Positions 47,641-55,614 of a DNA stretch of 64,000 nucleotides are shown here, in pieces. The translations under genes were made by a program, and so were the position numbers. Every line of letters begins with the position of its first letter. Position 1 is the stretch's first letter. Origin of the DNA: Myxococcales bacterium (GTDB lineage: Bacteria; Myxococcota_A; Bradymonadia; UBA7976; UBA1532); assembly GCA_002731825.1 (NCBI GenBank), contig PCCS01000001.1:202962-266961 (forward strand), given 5' to 3'. Under the pieces are notes generated by a model. That model worked only from the letters and a program-made list of their open reading frames with translations, ran no database searches and was not told the DNA's origin.

Positions 47641-48000
47641 ATGAAGGTCGTATCTGCTCTTACTTTCTTGTTCGTGACATTAATCGCATTACCTGCTTTC
47701 GCAGGTGACGCATCAACTGCGAGTGCCGCCGGTGACTACTTGGGTTACCTCTGCATTGGTGCCGGTCTTGCTATCGGTATTGCCGCTGCTGGTGGCGGTA
47801 TGGGTCAGGGTCGTGCTGCAGCAGCCGCACTCGAGGGCATTGCACGCAACCCAGGTGCTGCAGGCAAGCTTAACGGACCTATGATCCTCGGTCTTGCTCT
47901 GATCGAGTCTTTGGTTATCTACGCGTTCGTCATCGCGATCCTTCTCGTTTTGAAGGTGCCAGAGGTCGGTGACTTTGTTGCTGCCGTTTCAGGCAAGTAA
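47641..48000 (+). CDS. atpE: F0F1 ATP synthase subunit c with N-terminal signal-like extension
   Basis: [21 protein letters not shown] loop and [20 protein letters not shown] helix 2. AGGAGA RBS. The first ~21 aa look like a signal peptide (ALPAFA|GD). Confidence 0.9.
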   Translation: MKVVSALTFLFVTLIALPAFAGDASTASAAGDYLGYLCIGAGLAIGIAAAGGGMGQGRAAAAALEGIARNPGAAGKLNGPMILGLALIESLVIYAFVIAILLVLKVPEVGDFVAAVSGK

Positions 48001-48021
48001 GCAACGCGTCTTAGGACGATG

Positions 48022-48056
48022 AAAAGGGCCGCATTTGCGGCCCTTTTTGCTTTTTG
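48022..48056 (+). terminator. rho-independent terminator after atpE
   Basis: GGGCCGC (48026-48032), loop ATTT, GCGGCCC (48037-48043), then TTTTTGCTTTTTG. It is preceded by an A-run, so it may work bidirectionally. Confidence 0.85.
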
Positions 48057-48082
48057 GGCCAACTCAGGCCACCTTGGTATCC

Positions 48083-49561
48083 ATGGACACCAAGGCCCAA
48101 CTCAATCCACTTCCTGAGAGCGCATCTCGACTCGGTGTACGTTCGCGCCTATTGGTTGGTCTTGCCATCATTCTTGCGGGGGCTGGCGGACTCTCCAGCG
48201 TGATTTTGATGGGGGCTGCCAGTCAGGAAGCCGAAGAGCAGCTCTTACGGCAACATCGGCTCAGATTTGAATCTTTGGTTGAGACCGTCAGACACACAGA
48301 GATAAGGAATTTTCAGCCGAAGCTCGTCCGGCGGACAGCAGCCCACGACGTACATGGTCTCGTCTTGGTGGATCACCGATTTAAACCCCTCTATCGGTTT
48401 GGTGAAACGGAGTCACTTAAGCGTGACGCGGTCGTCGCGACAGCGCAGCAATCGAGTGGCGTGACGTGGCGTCGGCACCATCCCGGTGATGGGGCGGGCC
48501 AATCTCGTTTTGCACAAGGGATTAGACACAAGGATGGCCGCCAATTGACGGTCATCGCTGCATACAGTCTGGACGGCCTGCAAAGCGGCTTTGATAAGCG
48601 CCAGCAGATGACTTTACTCTATGTGGTGTTTGGTTTGGTCACCGTGCTTATCTTTGGTGCTTATCTCAGCGGCCGCTTGATCGTGCGTCCCATAAAAACA
48701 CTGACGCAACATGTGTCTAAATCCCATCGAGATGCGGAGTGGACAAAAGACCTCGACTCAATCGACGGGCCTGATGAGATTCAGCAGTTGGCCAGCGCAT
48801 TTGGATATTTAATTCGTGAGTTAGGCGAGCAAAATGAAATTTTAGCCGACAATATGCGGATGCTTGAGCAAACACAGCGCGACCTACTTCGAGCTGAGAA
48901 GCTGGCGACGCTTGGTCGTTTATCTGCAGGCGTGGCTCATGAAATTGGCAATCCTTTGGCAGCGATCGTGGGATTTCTCGACTATCTAAAATCGGAGACT
49001 GAGATCGATGACCTGTTGCGTGCTGACCTCTTGCAGCGCATGGACCGAGAGGTCGAGCGGATTCGACTGACCCTAAGACAACTTCTGGACTTTGGCCGAC
49101 CGGCCCCAGATGAGCCAACGACCGTAAGTCTCTGCGAGGTGATCGAGCGCACCCTCAAGCTGCTCAGCTATCACAACCAAATGAAACACGTCGGTGTGGC
49201 TGTCCTTGGAGATGACCAGCGTGTCTATATCGACCCCAATCGCTTGTCACAGGTCTTTACTAACCTGTTTCTGAATGCTGCAGCTGCAATCGAAGGGCGC
49301 GGGTCGATAGAGGTCGACATTCGTCTTGAGGGCCCCCTTGTAAAAGCGACAGTACGCGATGACGGTCCAGGAGTTTCAAGGGAACTCCACACCTCGCTTT
49401 TCGACCCATTTGTCTCTGACAAACCGTCTGGTGTAGGGACAGGTTTAGGCCTATATATTGCTCAGGAAATTGTCGAAGGCGCCGGCGGTCGGATCGAACT
49501 TGTTGAGTTAGAGTCGCCAGGGGCCAGTTTCACAGTCACGCTCCCGTTGGTGGTAGGTTGA
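48083..49561 (+). CDS. sensor histidine kinase (2 TM, periplasmic domain, HAMP, HisKA, HATPase_c)
   Basis: H-box SAGVAHEIGNPLAAI, N-box FTNLFLNAAAA, G-boxes DDGPGV and GTGLGLYIAQEIV. ATG 48083 chosen because the ORF-track start 48035 lies inside the terminator hairpin. Confidence 0.85.
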   Translation: MDTKAQLNPLPESASRLGVRSRLLVGLAIILAGAGGLSSVILMGAASQEAEEQLLRQHRLRFESLVETVRHTEIRNFQPKLVRRTAAHDVHGLVLVDHRFKPLYRFGETESLKRDAVVATAQQSSGVTWRRHHPGDGAGQSRFAQGIRHKDGRQLTVIAAYSLDGLQSGFDKRQQMTLLYVVFGLVTVLIFGAYLSGRLIVRPIKTLTQHVSKSHRDAEWTKDLDSIDGPDEIQQLASAFGYLIRELGEQNEILADNMRMLEQTQRDLLRAEKLATLGRLSAGVAHEIGNPLAAIVGFLDYLKSETEIDDLLRADLLQRMDREVERIRLTLRQLLDFGRPAPDEPTTVSLCEVIERTLKLLSYHNQMKHVGVAVLGDDQRVYIDPNRLSQVFTNLFLNAAAAIEGRGSIEVDIRLEGPLVKATVRDDGPGVSRELHTSLFDPFVSDKPSGVGTGLGLYIAQEIVEGAGGRIELVELESPGASFTVTLPLVVG

Positions 49562-49563
49562 CC

Positions 49564-50481
49564 TCATCCATAGAGCAGTTGAGCGCATTGATTTGCGAAT
49601 GCCCAAAAGAAATCGTCTCCGAAAAAAAGTGCTTCCAGTGCGGCCAGCGAGAGGAAGGGACCGTAGGGTATAACCGTTCTAGATGGATGGCCTTGATCTG
49701 CGTATTTCTCGTCTTCACCGAAATAAGCATCCAATTGCTCCGTCGTTGTTGTCAGGGTGTCTTCTGCGCCCGTTATCTTGCTATACAAACGGACCAAGAA
49801 GACCGCTAGGAGTGCCTGGACGGAACTGGCAAAAATCACAAATGCAAGTGGCTTCCAGCCTAAGAAAGCCCCGATTAACGCCATCAGCTTAGCATCGCCA
49901 AGACCCAGCGCTTCGCGCTTGAAAATCAACCAGCCAAGGCCAAAAATAGCCAGCATGAATCCTGCGCCAACGGCAGCACCAATAAGCGCGGTCTGACCAC
50001 TGTACATGGGGAGTAGGTAGGCGCCGCCAATGCCGATGATGGTACCGGGGAGACTCAGTTCATCTGGGATGAAGAAATGCTCCAGATCGATGAAAATAAT
50101 CACCACAAGGGCATAAATAAAGGCCTGCAACCACATCCAATGAGCAAAATTGATCCAGATCGTGTCCGGCTCGAAGGTCTTGAAAATCGCTCGGAACAGA
50201 ACAAGGCTCATGATGCCACAGGCGCATTCGATGAGCGCGTAGCGCGGACTAAATGTCGCACCGCAGGCCCGGCATCGGCCACGCAAGATCAGATAACTCA
50301 AGCAGGGAATGTTATCGTACCAGCGGATAGGCACTTCACATGTGCTGCATCTAGAGCCTGGATTGACTAAAGATAAACCCTCTGGAAGGCGATAGATCAC
50401 GACGTTTAGAAAACTACCCCACGCCGTCCCCCAGAAAAACGCGATCAGGAATAAGAACGTGATGGCAGGGGAGTCGATCAT
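49564..50481 (-). CDS. pilD: prepilin peptidase / N-methyltransferase (A24 family)
   Basis: Zn-finger-like CSTCEVPIRWYDNIPCLSYLILRGRCRACG, catalytic Asp regions (FIDLEHFFIPDE, GLGDAKLMALIGAFLGW). Confidence 0.85.
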   Translation of the reverse strand: MIDSPAITFLFLIAFFWGTAWGSFLNVVIYRLPEGLSLVNPGSRCSTCEVPIRWYDNIPCLSYLILRGRCRACGATFSPRYALIECACGIMSLVLFRAIFKTFEPDTIWINFAHWMWLQAFIYALVVIIFIDLEHFFIPDELSLPGTIIGIGGAYLLPMYSGQTALIGAAVGAGFMLAIFGLGWLIFKREALGLGDAKLMALIGAFLGWKPLAFVIFASSVQALLAVFLVRLYSKITGAEDTLTTTTEQLDAYFGEDEKYADQGHPSRTVIPYGPFLSLAALEALFFGDDFFWAFANQCAQLLYG

Positions 50482-52952
50482 TATCGAACCTGTATTGAAC
50501 CGAGTCGAGCGCGATTTTGTTTATCGCTTTTACCAGACTTAATTTTCATCCGGGTGCTGGATCGGTATAGACCGGCATAGAAGGTAAAGCGCGCCGGCGT
50601 AATGGTTCGCTTGATATTGATCTTATGGATGTCTCGGACCAGGTCGCCTTTCTTCCAATTTCGGGTCGGGAAAAGGCCCGCCACGGGGTCATGATCGCCG
50701 TGTATACGCTGACCGGGTGCATCGATATGGACGAAGACTTTCCAGGTAGACTGTGTTTTGGCTGTCGACTTCCAAAACATATGTAATTCAGCAGGGGAGC
50801 CGCTCTTTGGCTGACTCGGCTCAATTTTCCAAGCGACTAATTCGATCTTGTCCTCGAAGTTAATATTCACTTTAGTCACGCCATCGGGCAGTTCATCGAT
50901 CAAGGCGTTGGTAATCGGGTTTTTGTCGACGACACCCTCGTCGATTTTGTTGGAGACAAGGAAATACCGCGAACCTCGGTCATCGAGAACAGGGAGAGTG
51001 CGGCCAGTGGCCCGTCTAAACTCGACGTTGACAGAGGCGAGATCTTTTCTCGGGATTAACGCGAAAAAACGCTCGGTCCCCTTCGCCAATTTAGCAAAAT
51101 CGGTCGACGTCTTCAGCTTGGGTAAGTCTCTGGAATAAAATGAATTCGTCTGATTAGAGAGTCTATAGGTGTAGAGTTTCTCATCTCCACTGGCCACTTT
51201 CTTATAGACGTTGAGAACCTCTTTTTGCGAGAAATTCGTACTGAGTTCACTGGCGATGGGTACATTAAAGAAAAAGAGCCAGGACATGAGCACAGTCATT
51301 AGAATGAGCGTGGACATCGGGGCGCCAGTCAGGTGCGTGATACGGCCGGAAAGGGCTGAACGACCATCGATTGTGTCTCGAACCCAGCGCGATGTTTTCG
51401 AGAGGAGGCCTGAGGTTCTGCCCTTCAGCATTTTGTTACGGATGTAGCAAACCAACCAGACACTGATGTAGGTGATCAGACCGAGTATCAATGCGATGAT
51501 CAAACGTCTGAACCAGAACTGTAGATTACCCCAGCCATCGCCCCGTACCAGCGGGTCCAATGTGGTTCGGCGTTGCAGTAAAAGAAGAGGAACCAGGGCG
51601 GCCATGGCGAAAATAGCCAAATCAAAGTAGGGGCGTCGACGAACTGGATAAGCGAAGTATTGAACAAAGCCAGAGAGCCAATGGTGGAGTCGAGCTTGGT
51701 AGAGCAAGATATACGCAATGAGAGCGAAATTTAAGAATCGGGCGATTTTCCAATAGGGCAGATAAGCAGGAAATGAGTCGATAGATGTCCCGACGATCGT
51801 ATCGGCGAATAAGCGCGTTTCATGTTTCAGATTACTGTCTAAGAGCGCCAGAATCAGCACCGCGATGATGGCCAGGACTGGATTTGCATCCTGTTTAGGC
51901 ATTCGACCAAGGTAGATTGCAATGGCAAATGCGGCTCCAGGGGCAGCGAGAAAAATACCGAAATGGCTGTAGCCTGCGCCCAAAGCCGGGGCAATAAACC
52001 CAGCCAAGATCCAAACGAATAGAACCGCTCCCAGGCCTGAGTCCTCATTGGATGTATCTTTGCTCCAAAGCAGCGTCAGTAACGCCAGGGGCAGCAGCGC
52101 TCCGAAAGGAAAGAGGCCAAAACCAATTTGGTGGACGAATGCATTAAAGGAAGGGCGGGTTGTGCCTGTTGTCGAATGGATGTTGTCAGCCCAGAGAAAC
52201 AATGACTCCAAAGCGGCATCTCCAGGCATGTATAGGGAGGCTCGCCACCAGCCAAGGCCAACGATGAGCAAAGCGACGACAGCCCAGCTCCAGCGCATCA
52301 CAGTCGAACGCGAATCTCTGCCAATCCTGTAGCTAAACAATGTGAAGAGAACGGCCATTGGAATGGCTAACGCCGGCACGCCTCCAGACAAACCTGACAG
52401 TGCCGTGAGCACCCAAGCGCCTATCCAAATGGCCCGACCAGGTGAAAATCGACTATGTATAAAGGCCAGAGATGCGGTTGTCGTTGCCATCAATGTTGTC
52501 GACTGACCCAGGGCCAGCCAGTGATGAAAACAGAAGAGGGGCAGGCTTAGAAGAATGATCGCGCTCCACCAGGCGACAGCGCGGCCCGCGAATCGGCGAA
52601 CGGTGAGCATCAGAAAAAATAGGGTTGAGGCCCCAAAGATGAGTCCGGCCAATCGCAGTGATAGGGTTGATGTGCCGAGCAAAGAGACGCTTGCGGCTAC
52701 AGGCCAATAGCCAAATGGTAAGTCTGATACGGCATGTTCTTTAGCCCCACTGCCTTGACCAACATTCACTTCGAGCCAACGACCATTATCGACCATATGG
52801 TTCGCTACGGCGGAAATGTTAGCCTCCCAGGGCTCCCAGACGCCAAATTGGGTCGCGGCGGCGGTCAAGATCCCCAGAGCCAATAGACCACCGATCAGGG
52901 GATCTAAGCGGGCCGGCCACAAGCCGCCGGGTGTCTGCTGTTGGTCTGTCAT
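50481..52952 (-). CDS. GT-C fold glycosyltransferase (GT39/ArnT/PMT_2-like) with large C-terminal soluble domain
   Basis: 823 aa. More than 12 TMs in the first ~560 aa with an ArnT/PMT-like N-terminus (VWEPWEANISAVANHMVDNGRWLEV), then a ~250-aa soluble domain. Its TAA overlaps the pilD ATG by 1 nt (TAATG). Confidence 0.65.
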   Translation of the reverse strand: MTDQQQTPGGLWPARLDPLIGGLLALGILTAAATQFGVWEPWEANISAVANHMVDNGRWLEVNVGQGSGAKEHAVSDLPFGYWPVAASVSLLGTSTLSLRLAGLIFGASTLFFLMLTVRRFAGRAVAWWSAIILLSLPLFCFHHWLALGQSTTLMATTTASLAFIHSRFSPGRAIWIGAWVLTALSGLSGGVPALAIPMAVLFTLFSYRIGRDSRSTVMRWSWAVVALLIVGLGWWRASLYMPGDAALESLFLWADNIHSTTGTTRPSFNAFVHQIGFGLFPFGALLPLALLTLLWSKDTSNEDSGLGAVLFVWILAGFIAPALGAGYSHFGIFLAAPGAAFAIAIYLGRMPKQDANPVLAIIAVLILALLDSNLKHETRLFADTIVGTSIDSFPAYLPYWKIARFLNFALIAYILLYQARLHHWLSGFVQYFAYPVRRRPYFDLAIFAMAALVPLLLLQRRTTLDPLVRGDGWGNLQFWFRRLIIALILGLITYISVWLVCYIRNKMLKGRTSGLLSKTSRWVRDTIDGRSALSGRITHLTGAPMSTLILMTVLMSWLFFFNVPIASELSTNFSQKEVLNVYKKVASGDEKLYTYRLSNQTNSFYSRDLPKLKTSTDFAKLAKGTERFFALIPRKDLASVNVEFRRATGRTLPVLDDRGSRYFLVSNKIDEGVVDKNPITNALIDELPDGVTKVNINFEDKIELVAWKIEPSQPKSGSPAELHMFWKSTAKTQSTWKVFVHIDAPGQRIHGDHDPVAGLFPTRNWKKGDLVRDIHKINIKRTITPARFTFYAGLYRSSTRMKIKSGKSDKQNRARLGSIQVR

Positions 52953-53112
52953 GTCGCTTAGGGACTCCAGGGGAGAAAATTCGGCACAACATAGTCTCTT
53001 TGAAGCCGTTCGGCCAGCAAAACAAGTCGCAGGCCGGGCCTCGACAGGTCGTCCTCGTGCCTCAGGTCATTTTGTCATGAGCTGATGGGTGAGATGACCG
53101 TCTGCTCGAAAC

Positions 53113-54609
53113 CTAGAAGCCCAGCTCGATGCAGAGGCCTTCAGGGGTATTCGGGATCTGGAAGCAGCTGAATCCGGGATGGCAGCCGACGAGGACGTCG
53201 GGAGAGAAGAAATCATCGGGATTGACCTTCCGACACGAACACGCGGCGCTCATCGATAGTGGATTCAAGGTACATGTACCACCTGGTGCGCAGACGCCTT
53301 CGCCTCCAGCACCTGGATCGCAGGTTCCATCACGATAGAAGCACTGGCCTGTTTGTACGTTACAGTCCATGGTCTCAGCATCTGTACAATCTGCAGCGTT
53401 ATTACAACCGGGCTCACATCGCCCAGTCTGTACGCTACATTGGGACCCCATCTGGCATGTCAGTCCAGCACAGGGTGCACTCTCGCATTCAAATGTGTCC
53501 AAATTACAGGCCGAACGAGCTGGGCAATCCGTGTCATCGAGACATTCGACACAATTACCTTGAAGACAAATTGGTCGCCCACCACATGTCTCACATTGGG
53601 AATCATTCCCGCATTCGCACGGCTCACTGCCCGTACACGTGTTTGTCATCTGGTCACAAAATTCACCGATTGGGCAGGGCGTATCATTACTGCATTCGCC
53701 GCACATACCCGTCTCTGGAATGCAGGCAGGTGTTGGGTCTTGGCATCGGCCTCCGCAGCTATCACAGCGACCTCCATTGGGCGTACACACGCCGTCTGTA
53801 CAGGTATAGTCGCCTGCACACCCACCCCCGTTGGCGCAGGTCTGTAAGCAGAAATTACCATTTTGGGCGGGTCGGCAGACATGGTTGTCTGCACAGCTTG
53901 AATCGCTGGTGCAAGATTCACAAGTCCCCCGGGGCATTACGCATTGCCCACTGCTCAAATCGCAGGCCAAACCGGCGTCGCAACCCCGGCCAGGGCAGAC
54001 GGTACAATCATAGTTAACGGGCACACATTGACCGAGTTGTTCGAGACATGTGAAGCCTTCAGGACAGTCTTCGAGGCCTTCGCCACATGCGGTTGTACAA
54101 AAGCTGCCCGTATTTCCAATCGGTGTACACTCAGCACCTTCGCCCAAGGCATTGCAGTCCCGGTCTGTGCTACAGGTCTGGCAGAGGCCTTGGTACGTGG
54201 ACCCGCCCGCATCGGTCTGCACTGAGCCGGCATCTCGCGAACTCATCCCCATATCAGTATTTATGATAAGTACATCGGCGACCATCGTGGGTTCGGGTAC
54301 ACAAGACCAAAGGTAAGGACCGTCGTCCACGCAGACTTGACCAGCGGGACACATGAGGATGCCATCCCCGCATTCTCGACGCGTACAACTATTGGTCGCC
54401 TGGAGGCAAACTCGACCGGATCCGGGACACTCGCCTAAGCTCTGGCAGGGTTCGGCCACGCATTCTTTCGACTCATCATCGCAAATGAGGCCTCGGCCGC
54501 AGTCAGCATCTACGTTACAGCTCTGGGGCTCATCGTCTGAACAACCCGTCGCAACAGACATTAGGGCGCCCAGTAGAATGATAGTCTTGACTGAAAATAA
54601 GCTACGCAT
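53113..54609 (-). CDS. cysteine-rich repeat lipoprotein
   Basis: Lipobox LMSVATGC. About 71 Cys in 498 aa, with repeated C-x2-C-x2-D-x-[DST]-C...C...C modules (CQTCSTDRDC, CESCTSDSSC, CGECSNDTPC, CVECLDDTDC). Confidence 0.8.
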   Translation of the reverse strand: MRSLFSVKTIILLGALMSVATGCSDDEPQSCNVDADCGRGLICDDESKECVAEPCQSLGECPGSGRVCLQATNSCTRRECGDGILMCPAGQVCVDDGPYLWSCVPEPTMVADVLIINTDMGMSSRDAGSVQTDAGGSTYQGLCQTCSTDRDCNALGEGAECTPIGNTGSFCTTACGEGLEDCPEGFTCLEQLGQCVPVNYDCTVCPGRGCDAGLACDLSSGQCVMPRGTCESCTSDSSCADNHVCRPAQNGNFCLQTCANGGGCAGDYTCTDGVCTPNGGRCDSCGGRCQDPTPACIPETGMCGECSNDTPCPIGEFCDQMTNTCTGSEPCECGNDSQCETCGGRPICLQGNCVECLDDTDCPARSACNLDTFECESAPCAGLTCQMGSQCSVQTGRCEPGCNNAADCTDAETMDCNVQTGQCFYRDGTCDPGAGGEGVCAPGGTCTLNPLSMSAACSCRKVNPDDFFSPDVLVGCHPGFSCFQIPNTPEGLCIELGF

Positions 54610-54744
54610 GGTTCTATTTTCCTCAGGCTACGCTGCTCAATCGCCGCTAAATAGGCTTGTATCGAGCACGACCATGGTTTCTGAAGGTGCCGGAATATAT
54701 GTGACTCGGGGGGGCTGAGGCAAGCCTTCTGTTCAAACTTATAT

Positions 54745-54762
54745 TCATTCAAAGGTCATTCA
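54745..54762. repeat. direct repeat TCATTCA-aagg-TCATTCA (11-bp phasing) in divergent promoter region
   Basis: TCATTCA occurs at 54745-54751 and 54756-54762, about 92 bp upstream of the 54854 start. Function unknown. Confidence 0.5.
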
Positions 54763-54853
54763 GTTCGATTTTTGTTGAAATTCCGCCCGTTTTAGTCGAA
54801 CCAAAGGCGTGTTATGTCTGTATCGTTAATCAGAATTACGGTTTGAGTGGTCG

Positions 54854-55444
54854 ATGAGTAATCTCAAGATTCCAGATGTTTTTTCGACGCATTCGGCGGC
54901 GAAGTATTGCCGTGTCACCCCAATGACCATCATTCGGTGGATCGAAGAGGGCAGAATCAAAGCGTATAAAACACCCGGTGGACATCGTCGGATCATGCGC
55001 GGTGATTTGGATGAGTTTTGTCGGGCGACCGGGATCCCTATCGAATGGGACACGCGCATTAACCAAGGGCCAAAGCGTGTTCTCGTCATCGATGACGATG
55101 AGCAGTCTGTCAATTCAATTTTGGATGCGCTCTTGGATGCTGAAGGTGACGAATCAATGGTCACCTTCAAAATTGCTCACACAGACAATGCCTTCGATGC
55201 CGGTATGATGATGCGAGATTTAAAGCCGGAGATCATTTTTCTCGACCTAGACCTGACCGGCACCGATCCTGTTCGTCTCATCGCATCCATTCGCCACGAC
55301 GCCGATTTACGCGATTGTCGGGTGGTTGGCATCGCGTCCGAGCAAACACCGGCAAACATGCCGGTCGATCGTGTGCTGCACCGACCCCTCGCCCGAGGTG
55401 CCGTTCGACAGGCGACGGGTCCCATGCCCATCGTTAAAATTTAG
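54854..55444 (+). CDS. excisionase/MerR-type HTH fused to a C-terminal receiver-like domain
   Basis: N-terminal HSAAKYCRVTPMTIIRWIEEGRIKAYKTPGGHRRIMRGDLDEF. C-terminal REC text (RVLVIDDDE, IIFLDLDLTG, VVGIAS, LHRPL). Confidence 0.75.
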   Translation: MSNLKIPDVFSTHSAAKYCRVTPMTIIRWIEEGRIKAYKTPGGHRRIMRGDLDEFCRATGIPIEWDTRINQGPKRVLVIDDDEQSVNSILDALLDAEGDESMVTFKIAHTDNAFDAGMMMRDLKPEIIFLDLDLTGTDPVRLIASIRHDADLRDCRVVGIASEQTPANMPVDRVLHRPLARGAVRQATGPMPIVKI

Positions 55445-55614
55445 AGCAACGCGTCCCATCGAATCGCCAGTCTCATCTTTTAGGCAAATTGACAACTATA
55501 TCTCCGTAAAGCCCCAGGGGAATGGGATTAATTTGCCGTGGACGGTTTAATAATCATGTGGTTTAGTGTACCCAGAGGTATTCAAAGGCAGCATAGGTTC
55601 TTCGGAGGTCCTTT

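Noticed and set aside
45937-48000. The idea that atpZ/atpI-atpB-atpE represents an N-type (Na+) ATPase operon (atpDCQRBEFAG).
   Set aside because: N-ATPase operons start with atpD-atpC and continue with atpF-A-G after atpE. Here hemL precedes the genes and a strong terminator plus a kinase follows. The Na+-type residues in the c subunit are reported separately, without claiming an N-ATPase.
48035-48082. ORF-track 5' extensions of several genes: the kinase at 48035, atpB at 46512, NFACT at 38818, the secreted protein at 30132, asnB at 20308, the PGT fusion at 18389, the barrel at 7565, and TTG starts at 11694, 13019, 15236 and 31710.
   Set aside because: The extended starts lie inside a terminator hairpin, overlap upstream or divergent genes, or precede canonical N-termini (MCG nucleophile, signal peptides). 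In each case an internal ATG with a better context exists.
53129-54718. Several long plus-strand ORFs (e.g. 53259..54017 of 252 aa, 53353..53847, 53944..54225, 54050..54316, 54353..54718) antisense to the Cys-rich lipoprotein gene.
   Set aside because: They are a by-product of the extreme TGY/GGN/GCN codon composition of the minus-strand gene, which leaves reverse frames free of stops. Their translations are low-complexity (R/H/S/T/P-rich) with no signal or domain text. The minus-strand product has a lipobox and a regular Cys spacing.
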